DNA from: an uncultured Planctomycetales bacterium
Lineage (GTDB): Bacteria; Omnitrophota; Gorgyraeia; Zapsychrales; Fredricksoniimonadaceae
Length of the DNA: 57,935 nucleotides
Direction: 5' to 3'
NCBI GenBank assembly: GCA_964520655.1
Contig: CAZFNI010000002.1
Location: 1-57,935 of the forward strand
A program made the translations under genes and the position numbers. Positions 8,151 through 15,734 of this stretch are shown here, piece after piece (the stretch's first letter is position 1; each line of letters opens with the position of its first letter). Below the pieces are notes generated by a model. It made no database searches and was not told the origin of the DNA. It saw only the letters and a list, made by a program, of their open reading frames with translations.

Positions 8151-9157
8151 ACGGATATCTCCTTCAGGTTAAAGGCTTCTTTCACTTGTACCAGACTAAA
8201 ATATTTACCACTGCGCTCAACCTCATGAACCATCGCCAGCATCTTAGTGTTAAGTGGTGCTGGTACTTTGATATGGGCAGCGACCTGAACAACTTCGCCA
8301 TTGATAAAATCGATCTCACTAGCGCGTCCGCGCATAATACTTTGAAGGATCGATCCATAAAGCGGCTCTTTGCTTAATCCCGTCAGTGTTTTATGCATAA
8401 TACCGGCCGCCTGTTCAAGCGGCATCTGTGCCAAGCCAATGATACGTTCTTTAGTAAAGTTCGGCATATCCTCAAGCTCGATCTTTGCCTCTTTAATGAC
8501 CATCAATCCTTCCTTTAAAAGATGAATACTTAATCGGCACATGTCCATATCCGTAAAAGTTTCTTGCATTGAACGCCCCAGCAGCGCCGGGATACAATTA
8601 TTGAAATTCACAAAGAGCTTCAAATATTTAGCCCCCATGATGTTAGGAGAAACAACGACATTGAATGCTTTATCCAAGATCTTTGCGGTTTCATGCACTG
8701 TTGGATCAGACAATGAAAAAGGCCTTCCCAGTATCCAATCGCCGTCGAAATTAAACATGATCTCGCCAGGATTGACGTATGTAGCCCCGAACATTACGAT
8801 CGAGGACATTTGTTTGGACTTATCATAATGGCAGCTGAGAATATTATCCGCCTGTACGCCATTCTGGGTTGTCAACACCAGACCACTTTCTAAGAATTCA
8901 TTATTCCACTGGTACGCCGCTTCCAGATCCTGTGTCTTTGTTGAAAAAATAACCAGATCATAGGACTTATCCAATTTGGGTCGCACGTTAAGCCGGAAAT
9001 TCTCTCTTCCCCGGACGCCGTCAATGGTCAATCCCTTCTCTTTGATCACAGCACACTGATCAGGTTTAGCAATGAGGGTCACATCGCATCCGGCTTTCGT
9101 CAGATACGCGGCCACAACACCACCAATAGCCCCAGCTCCAATGACCGCGATCGTCAT
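8147..9157 (-). CDS. Ketopantoate reductase (ApbA/PanE) family oxidoreductase
   Basis: The N-terminal IAVIGAGAIGGVVAAYL Rossmann motif and the C-terminal SILQSIMRGRASEIDFINGEVV block are characteristic of the ApbA_C domain. Confidence 0.75.
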   Translation of the reverse strand: MTIAVIGAGAIGGVVAAYLTKAGCDVTLIAKPDQCAVIKEKGLTIDGVRGRENFRLNVRPKLDKSYDLVIFSTKTQDLEAAYQWNNEFLESGLVLTTQNGVQADNILSCHYDKSKQMSSIVMFGATYVNPGEIMFNFDGDWILGRPFSLSDPTVHETAKILDKAFNVVVSPNIMGAKYLKLFVNFNNCIPALLGRSMQETFTDMDMCRLSIHLLKEGLMVIKEAKIELEDMPNFTKERIIGLAQMPLEQAAGIMHKTLTGLSKEPLYGSILQSIMRGRASEIDFINGEVVQVAAHIKVPAPLNTKMLAMVHEVERSGKYFSLVQVKEAFNLKEISV

Positions 9158-9432
9158 TTCATGGCTCCGTATTTCTTATAATCAAAACCAGCCTCGTCCA
9201 TGATCCTCACCATCAGCGAATAGAATGCCTTAGGCACTTCAGTTGTGAACGCATGCACAATATCACATTCTTCAACCTGGGATGACCCTCGTCCCTTGGC
9301 GTTTTGTTCCGCTTTTTTATTGACCACTTCTTTGGCTAAGCTTCTGTGGAATATCGGGATCAGCTGAAGCATTCTGTTATATTTTGCCAGCGCTCCGCTT
9401 TCCCAATTCATTGTTGTCACGACCATCGTCAT
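9154..9432 (-). CDS. Small PCP_red-like domain protein (partner of BchE-type radical SAM enzymes)
   Basis: WESGALAKYNRMLQLIPIFHRSLAKEVVNKKAEQNAKGRG resembles the W..eA...l..iP.f.R...r...E..A domain (protochlorophyllide reductase 57 kD subunit-type). The start at 9432 (MTMVV) avoids overlapping the radical SAM gene. Confidence 0.45.
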   Translation of the reverse strand: MTMVVTTMNWESGALAKYNRMLQLIPIFHRSLAKEVVNKKAEQNAKGRGSSQVEECDIVHAFTTEVPKAFYSLMVRIMDEAGFDYKKYGAMK

Positions 9433-9433
9433 A

Positions 9434-10906
9434 TTATTTCCCCGCCTCAACCCGAGAATTAGCTTCCCACTTGGCGATATTGTTCATAAAATCCTTCACG
9501 CACAATTTCACCTTGATATTGTAATTGCTTTCCATGATGCGGTGAATGCGTTCAGGTTTGGAATAATATTCCCGCATGCACCAGGCGCCCAAACGACCCA
9601 CTTCTTCAATGCTTAAAAAATCCGTCGGAACGACCGGATGCTGAAAATCCCACTGGCGCAGATCGATCTTTTCCGGATCAAACCACCCTTGCTTGATCGC
9701 ATATCGCCAATCCGGTGAATTGGGGACAGGCGTCATATAATCCAGCGCAAATATATCCGGGTCGATCTCATCCGCCACGCGCAGCCGTTCTTTGATCTTG
9801 GCTTCCGTATCTTCTTTTAACCCGATCAAAACCGTACCAACGCTGCCGATATCATTCTCCCGCAGGATATTGACCGTTTTCTTGATCTGAGCGATCGTCA
9901 CCCCTTTGCCTGTTTTGTTAAGCGTCATATCATCCTCAACCTCGACACCCGTCAGGGCTAAAAATAGCCCCGCCTTTTTCATCAGCGGCAAAATGTCATG
10001 CTGTGAGATCCACTGGTCAGCACGCCCCAAACAGACCCATTCGATCTTATTACCGCGCTTTAATTTCTCTTCACAGAATTCAATCATGGCCTCAGTATCG
10101 GTATTAAAGGCATCATCTTGGAACACCACGGTTGTAATGCCGTATTTTTTCTCCAATATTTCCAGTTCATCAACAATACGCTTGCCTTTAAGCCCGCGCC
10201 ATGAAGTAAAGTCTTTCGTCGCTGTTCGGCTGTCATAAAGAGCCCATTCATAACAGAAATGGCATTTTCCTGGACAGCCGCGGGAAGTCATTAATTCCGC
10301 GAACGGCTTCCAATAGGTATGCCCGACATATTTTTCCATCGGGAAAAGATCATACGCCGGCATTGGCAGCACATTTAAGTCTGGGATCAAGTCCCGGTGG
10401 GGGCCAACAACGATCGTGCCGCTTTTATCCCGTGAAACCAGCCCTGGGATATCCCGTTCTGGTTTTGGATTAACCGCCTTTAAATTAATGATCAGTTCCT
10501 CCAGCGTCAATTCCGCTTCGCCCAGCATGATATAATCAATGGTCGGATTTAACCGCATTTGACGTTCATAATCTCCAGAATACCAGAGACCTCCAGCGAC
10601 AGTCTTGACATGCGGCATCGCTTCTTTGATCACACGTAAGCCCTCATTAAAATACCAGATGACCGCGGCCCCGCATGTCGAATGCAGTAATTCACCTACA
10701 AACACGATATCTGGAGCGCTTTTCTTGACATACGCCAACATGGCGTCCCAATCCATTTCAAGCGCTCTGGAATCCAGCGCATCAACAGCCCCCAATCCTT
10801 TCTCGCGCACATAGGCCGCCAGCTGGGCATGCATTTGATTAGCAGCTTTGTGATTCCCGTGAGAATCCCAGGCTTTCAGCGGCGGTGTCAAAAAGAGCAC
10901 TTTCAT
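9434..10906 (-). CDS. Cobalamin-binding-domain radical SAM enzyme (class B / BchE-like)
   Basis: 490 aa. An N-terminal Rossmann-like B12-binding region (MKVLFLTPP...) is followed by SRGCPGKCHFCYEW, the CxxxCxxC radical SAM cluster motif. GAGGAG lies 4 nt upstream of the start. Confidence 0.85.
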   Translation of the reverse strand: MKVLFLTPPLKAWDSHGNHKAANQMHAQLAAYVREKGLGAVDALDSRALEMDWDAMLAYVKKSAPDIVFVGELLHSTCGAAVIWYFNEGLRVIKEAMPHVKTVAGGLWYSGDYERQMRLNPTIDYIMLGEAELTLEELIINLKAVNPKPERDIPGLVSRDKSGTIVVGPHRDLIPDLNVLPMPAYDLFPMEKYVGHTYWKPFAELMTSRGCPGKCHFCYEWALYDSRTATKDFTSWRGLKGKRIVDELEILEKKYGITTVVFQDDAFNTDTEAMIEFCEEKLKRGNKIEWVCLGRADQWISQHDILPLMKKAGLFLALTGVEVEDDMTLNKTGKGVTIAQIKKTVNILRENDIGSVGTVLIGLKEDTEAKIKERLRVADEIDPDIFALDYMTPVPNSPDWRYAIKQGWFDPEKIDLRQWDFQHPVVPTDFLSIEEVGRLGAWCMREYYSKPERIHRIMESNYNIKVKLCVKDFMNNIAKWEANSRVEAGK

Positions 10907-10986
10907 ATTTTTCTCCTCGTTAGTTTCTTATACTGTGATGCGATCTGCGTTAATAAATATATCCAAACAACTCCCAGCTTGCTTAG

Positions 10987-12480
10987 TCAGAACCAGGACG
11001 TGACAAGCGACCTTCCGCCCGGCGTCTGGTCTGTGACAATATTTTTTACTTGTGTATATTCATTTAAGCCGTCAATTCCCAATTCCCGTCCAAAGCCGCT
11101 TTTTTTACAACCACCAAATGGCGCTTCATTCAAGAAAACACCGTATGTATTGATCCAAACCGTACCGCAGCGCAACCGTTTGGCCAGGCTATTAGCTTTC
11201 ACCAGATCTTTGCTCCAGATCATCGCGGCTAATCCATAAGGACTATCATTAGCAATGGCAAGCGCCTGTTCAATCGATGAAAATGGGATCACGCACAGAA
11301 CCGGCCCAAAGATCTCTTCCTGGGCAACGCGCATATTATTTCGGACGTCGATCAAGATCGAGGGCTCAATATAGGCCCCATTATCAAACCCAGAAGGAAT
11401 TTTTCCGCCACACGCTAATTTTGCCCCTTCTTTGATCCCCTGCTGGACAAACTTCAACACATGATCACGCTGCTCTTGGCTGACAAGTGGTCCAAATTCC
11501 GTCTCATAACTATAGGCCGGACCGATCTTTAAACTTCGCGCCCGCTCAACCAACTTATTGACAAACTCATGATAGATCTTTTCCTCAACCAGAAGACGGG
11601 ATCCTGCTGTACACATCTGTCCCTGGTTTAAAAAGATCGCTGATAAACTCCCCCCAACAGCCGCATCCATATCACAATCGGCGAACACAAGATTAGGCGA
11701 CTTTCCGCCAAGTTCCATGATTGAACGCTTGACGCCTTTTGCAGCAGCAGCCATTACCTTCATCCCCGTAGTCGTTCCGCCAGTAAAGGAGATCATATCC
11801 AAATCTGGATGGCTGACGATCAAATCCCCTATCCCTTCATGCGCAGAAGAAATGATATTGACCACACCTTTAGGCAAACCAATTGATGCGATCAACCCGG
11901 CAAAATACATGATCGAGGTATTTGCCAAACGAGATGTTTTTAGTAAGACGGTATTTCCCGCCAGCAGCGCAGGTGCCAATTTCCAAGCTGTCATGATCAA
12001 CGGGTAATTCCAGGGAATGATCATACCGACCACACCAACAGGTTCGCGCTCAATGCGGCTTGATACAGGAGCAGAAACGTCAAGCATTTGGTGATCAAGG
12101 CTCCCTGACAAGCGGCCGAAATACTCGAATGTATCCGCGCAAGTCGGCACATCAATGAAAGTGGCATGCTTGATCGTTTTTCCGCCAGCAAGACATTCCA
12201 GCTCAGCAAGTTCCTTGGCATGCTCACGGACCAAAGCGCCAATCTTAAGCAAGAACTCCCCGCGCTCTTTGACCGTTAACCTCGGCCAAGAACCATGGTC
12301 AAAAGCCAAACGAGCCGCATTAATGGCGATCTGAGTATCTACATCATCAGCGTCTGCCATCCTGGCAAATACCTCCCCATTCGACGGGTTAATGGCATCA
12401 TAATATTTCCCCGCCAGTGGAGGCGTCATCCTGCCTTCTAATAAAAGTTCAAACTGCTTGATGTGAGTTTTGGTATTCAT
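10987..12480 (-). CDS. NAD(P)-dependent aldehyde dehydrogenase
   Basis: 497 aa. Has ELGGKSPNLVF (catalytic Glu), GQMCTAGSRLLV (catalytic Cys) and EEIFGPV. Confidence 0.9.
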   Translation of the reverse strand: MNTKTHIKQFELLLEGRMTPPLAGKYYDAINPSNGEVFARMADADDVDTQIAINAARLAFDHGSWPRLTVKERGEFLLKIGALVREHAKELAELECLAGGKTIKHATFIDVPTCADTFEYFGRLSGSLDHQMLDVSAPVSSRIEREPVGVVGMIIPWNYPLIMTAWKLAPALLAGNTVLLKTSRLANTSIMYFAGLIASIGLPKGVVNIISSAHEGIGDLIVSHPDLDMISFTGGTTTGMKVMAAAAKGVKRSIMELGGKSPNLVFADCDMDAAVGGSLSAIFLNQGQMCTAGSRLLVEEKIYHEFVNKLVERARSLKIGPAYSYETEFGPLVSQEQRDHVLKFVQQGIKEGAKLACGGKIPSGFDNGAYIEPSILIDVRNNMRVAQEEIFGPVLCVIPFSSIEQALAIANDSPYGLAAMIWSKDLVKANSLAKRLRCGTVWINTYGVFLNEAPFGGCKKSGFGRELGIDGLNEYTQVKNIVTDQTPGGRSLVTSWF

Positions 12481-13542
12481 TTATTCCACCGGAACCTGTG
12501 CCCACAACTGAAAAATACGGCTGCAAGGCGCATACCATTTAGAGATGCGCGCGAAATCCCCACGCAAATTCATCTTTTTCTGCGTTGTCGCCACAAAAGG
12601 ATCGATCTGGCGGTTAAAGACCGCGCGCCAGATCTCTTCGCTGGCAGTAATCAAGAATTCTGCGTTTACGTCTTTTCCTGTTTCGATGATCTGACCATTG
12701 CGGAATTTGAAACTATGAACAACTCCCGTTTCCTGCAGGCACACAGCCAGATCCATATTCATGGCCGTCTTTGTTCCTAATTCTTGCATTTGGGGATCAT
12801 TGTTAACAATGTGAACGATTTCTTTTATCTGTTCATTAGAAAACAACTTGTATTTCTTGCCGCCAACGGGTGACGCGGGATCAGTTTGTTTTGACCGCAG
12901 CGTCAGGGGGTCAATGGCTTCATCTCCTGCTACCCCACGGGGGGATGGGTGACGCGAGGACGAAACAAACTGTCCCGCGGCAGGACCCGTTCCTGCTCTA
13001 TAATGAATATCCACCAAATCCATCTTGACCTGCTCTTCTAACTCCTGTATCAATACGAACGCATCGAAAATATTTTTACTAACAGCCACAACACCATGGT
13101 TGCGAAGAACCACAATATTATTGCTTTTTAGTTCAGCCAACACAGGCTCAACATCTGTCACGGATGGCGTCGATTGCTCAACAGACTTAACCTCTCCCAA
13201 ATAAAATCTAGCCTCAAATGTTTTCGGTGTAAAAACTGTGTTACTTAGAAAGAACCCATTGGTATAGGTAGGATGCGTGTGAACGATAGCAGCAACGTCA
13301 GGAAAATTCTTATAAACTTCCGTATGCATCAACTTCTCGGAGGAAGCCTTGCCCTCGCCCACCACCTCACCAGCGATCTTCATAAACAAAACATCTTCCG
13401 GTTTTAAATAACCCAAACATGTCCCCGTCGCGGTGATCAACAGTGTTTCCTGGTCTATGCGGGCGCTGATATTCCCGTTATACCCAGTAACAAGGCCTTT
13501 GTCCCACAACAATTTCCCTATCTCAATGATCTTATTTTTCAT
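12481..13542 (-). CDS. Class II aldolase/adducin-fold enzyme fused to a C-terminal SCP2-like lipid-binding domain
   Basis: The N-terminal domain has GNISARI, MHTEVY...AIVHTHPTY and LRNHGVVAV (metal-ligand His pattern of FucA/MtnB/Ald2-type enzymes). A Pro/Gly/Ser-rich, GC-rich linker of about 50 aa follows. The C-terminal ~110 aa end in KKMNLRGDFARISKWYAP, which is SCP2-like. The ATG at 13542 forms an ATGA overlap with the upstream stop. Confidence 0.75.
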   Translation of the reverse strand: MKNKIIEIGKLLWDKGLVTGYNGNISARIDQETLLITATGTCLGYLKPEDVLFMKIAGEVVGEGKASSEKLMHTEVYKNFPDVAAIVHTHPTYTNGFFLSNTVFTPKTFEARFYLGEVKSVEQSTPSVTDVEPVLAELKSNNIVVLRNHGVVAVSKNIFDAFVLIQELEEQVKMDLVDIHYRAGTGPAAGQFVSSSRHPSPRGVAGDEAIDPLTLRSKQTDPASPVGGKKYKLFSNEQIKEIVHIVNNDPQMQELGTKTAMNMDLAVCLQETGVVHSFKFRNGQIIETGKDVNAEFLITASEEIWRAVFNRQIDPFVATTQKKMNLRGDFARISKWYAPCSRIFQLWAQVPVE

Positions 13543-14012
13543 TTTAGATATTTCCCTGGAACCCATTCTACTAAAGGCGCATAACCTTTAGTCCCTAGCG
13601 GGGCGATCTGGACATTCTCAAAACGTGTTATGCTCTTTGGATCCCCTAAGAATCGTGATCTAAGCTTGCTCTGGATCAATTGCACCGGCACCCGATGTTT
13701 CCTGGCTAGAACAGCATAGATCAATGCGCCGGTATCACATAATGCACCGCTCTTATCCGCGTATTGACATGCGAGCACCAAACGATGAACAAGTCCCTTG
13801 GCAAACAAGAACCCAGCCATGTTATCTGATATAACCGTCGGCGTTAGACCGGACTTCAAAAAGAACTTAACGTTCTCTTTTGCTGATTCCAACGAAGGTC
13901 TTCCCTCTGTTAGAAATACATGTTTGCCCTTAGGGGCTTTACACGCTTTCCCCTGATCTGAGGCGATCACGCCGCAATACAAAATGATCGACGACGGTTT
14001 ATAATCCAGCAT
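13539..14012 (-). CDS. Half-length eIF-2B/MtnA-family paralogue (C-terminal Rossmann-like half only)
   Basis: 157 aa. LTEGRPSLESAK...GLTPTVISDNMAGFL mirrors ETRPYMQGSKLT...LVTLVPDNAVGIL of the neighbouring full-length isomerase. The N-terminal domain is absent and the GxDR..ANGD block has diverged (CQYADKSGALCDTG). Confidence 0.6.
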   Translation of the reverse strand: MLDYKPSSIILYCGVIASDQGKACKAPKGKHVFLTEGRPSLESAKENVKFFLKSGLTPTVISDNMAGFLFAKGLVHRLVLACQYADKSGALCDTGALIYAVLARKHRVPVQLIQSKLRSRFLGDPKSITRFENVQIAPLGTKGYAPLVEWVPGKYLK

Positions 14013-14955
14013 GAATCGGTATCGCTTTCGTTATCAATTGATGCGGGACAACATCAAACCCAGGATAAAATCCCCGGACATTCTTCCCATACAAATGTTT
14101 TCCTTGAAATTCCACTATTTCCGACTCTTCACGCAATTCAATAGGCATATCTCGACCTGTTTTAACGCCCTTTGACGGCTGTGTCAGCACAATAACGGGA
14201 ACACCAAATTCCTTTGCCAGGACAGAAATTTGATAGCTGCCCACCTTATTGGCAATATCACCGTTAGCGGCACTGCGGTCTGACCCGATGATCACTTTAT
14301 TCACGCGCCCTTCCGATAATAATATCCCAACGGCATTATCGGGAACCAGCGTCACCAAAGCTTTTACCTGAGTTAATTCCCACACCGTTAATTTGGAACC
14401 CTGCATATACGGCCTGGTCTCCGTGGCATAGAATTTAACATTCCTGCCTTCTTTGAGCGCGATCGCCGCCGCCATAGCCAGCTCACCGCTGACATTGCAA
14501 TGCGTTAATATCACATCGCCATCCTTCATATTGGCCGCTATTTGAGCTACTCTCTCTAATCGGCGGCCGCGAATTCCTGCTAAGAACCCACCAACCGTTT
14601 TCACCACTGTGCTTCGCACATCACCGCCATTTGTTGCCGCTTTATGGGCTGCGCCCACAATGATCCCGGTCACTTCAGCGAATGGAAAAGTCGGACGGGA
14701 ATGATTCAATTGATGCGCGACTTTTTGTAAATGAGCGAGTAGATCCCCCTGATGATCAAGCTCCAATAAAAATGTATTAAGAACGACCAGGAACTGACCG
14801 AATGCACGGGTTTTCATCGAACGGATCACGGCTACCGCACCCCGGACATTCTTGACGGGGATATATTTTAATCGTTTAGGAACAAGTGTTTCATCAAGCA
14901 CATATAGCACCTGATCCTTAACATACGCTGGCCAAAATAATGGCGACTCGTACAT
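13999..14955 (-). CDS. MtnA-type (eIF-2B family) 5-methylthioribose/5-deoxyribose-1-phosphate isomerase
   Basis: 318 aa. Has ILTHCNVSG (catalytic Cys block), ATETRPYMQG, GSDRSAANGDIANKVGSY (catalytic Asp block) and DVVPHQLIT near the C-terminus. Confidence 0.8.
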   Translation of the reverse strand: MYESPLFWPAYVKDQVLYVLDETLVPKRLKYIPVKNVRGAVAVIRSMKTRAFGQFLVVLNTFLLELDHQGDLLAHLQKVAHQLNHSRPTFPFAEVTGIIVGAAHKAATNGGDVRSTVVKTVGGFLAGIRGRRLERVAQIAANMKDGDVILTHCNVSGELAMAAAIALKEGRNVKFYATETRPYMQGSKLTVWELTQVKALVTLVPDNAVGILLSEGRVNKVIIGSDRSAANGDIANKVGSYQISVLAKEFGVPVIVLTQPSKGVKTGRDMPIELREESEIVEFQGKHLYGKNVRGFYPGFDVVPHQLITKAIPIHAGL

Positions 14956-14957
14956 GC

Positions 14958-15722
14958 TTATTTACCTTCTCTGGCTTTGATCAGATTTAATGCAATATTG
15001 ATCAAAGACCCTTCAGCCATGTAATAATCCGGATTTAAGAAACCCATTTGGCCTGTCATTAAATTATCTGATACAGCAAGGATTGAAACAGCTGGTATCT
15101 TATAGATCTGTGCCAATGTTAAGAACACCGAGCTGACCATGTCCACCGCGACCGCCCCCTGGTCAACAACCCCATTGACCACTTCTTTGGTTTCGCGCAG
15201 GATCGCATCAGTACTCCATACTTTTCCGGTATGCACATTTAAACCAGATGCTTTGGCAGCTGTGATCAAGGCATTGTTCAATGACTCATCGGGCTTGGTG
15301 ATAAAATCTTTCTCCACATAATAAGGACTGACACCGTCGCCGCGCACAGCTCCCGTCGCGATAACCAGATCGCCGATATTGATATTCTTTGATAATGAAC
15401 CGCAGGAACCGATGCGGATCAAACACTGAGCCTGTGCATTACACAATATCTCAGTCGTGATAGCTGTATCTGCCGCAAAACGACCTCCATTGATCGCAGT
15501 GACACCGATCCCCTGATAAGTACCGGTGAACATCGTATATTCCATGAACGCAAAATTCTTAACAGGATTGTCGATCTTCTTGATCAAGCTATCAAGACGT
15601 TCCTTGGGTCCCGGGACAATGGCATATTTGCCGATATCTTTAGGACGTAACTGCACCATGTTCATCAGGTCTTTGCCCGTTAAATGCACATCCCTGGTCA
15701 TGCGCTCTGCCGTGTTTGACAT
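14958..15722 (-). CDS. PNP/UDP-family nucleoside phosphorylase (candidate MTA/5'-deoxyadenosine phosphorylase)
   Basis: 254 aa. AIVPGPKERL, RIGSCGSL and GDLVIATGAVRGDGVSPYY resemble hexameric PNP/uridine-phosphorylase-type enzymes. Substrate specificity is not readable from the sequence. Confidence 0.75.
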   Translation of the reverse strand: MSNTAERMTRDVHLTGKDLMNMVQLRPKDIGKYAIVPGPKERLDSLIKKIDNPVKNFAFMEYTMFTGTYQGIGVTAINGGRFAADTAITTEILCNAQAQCLIRIGSCGSLSKNINIGDLVIATGAVRGDGVSPYYVEKDFITKPDESLNNALITAAKASGLNVHTGKVWSTDAILRETKEVVNGVVDQGAVAVDMVSSVFLTLAQIYKIPAVSILAVSDNLMTGQMGFLNPDYYMAEGSLINIALNLIKAREGK

Positions 15723-15734
15723 AAATATCCTTTC

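Noticed and set aside
13539-14955. Possibility that the 318-aa and 157-aa MtnA-like ORFs are one gene split by a frameshift (a pseudogene).
   Set aside because: The 318-aa ORF already contains both the N-terminal and the complete C-terminal domain, including the Cys and Asp catalytic blocks and a normal C-terminus. The short ORF duplicates the C-terminal half rather than continuing it.
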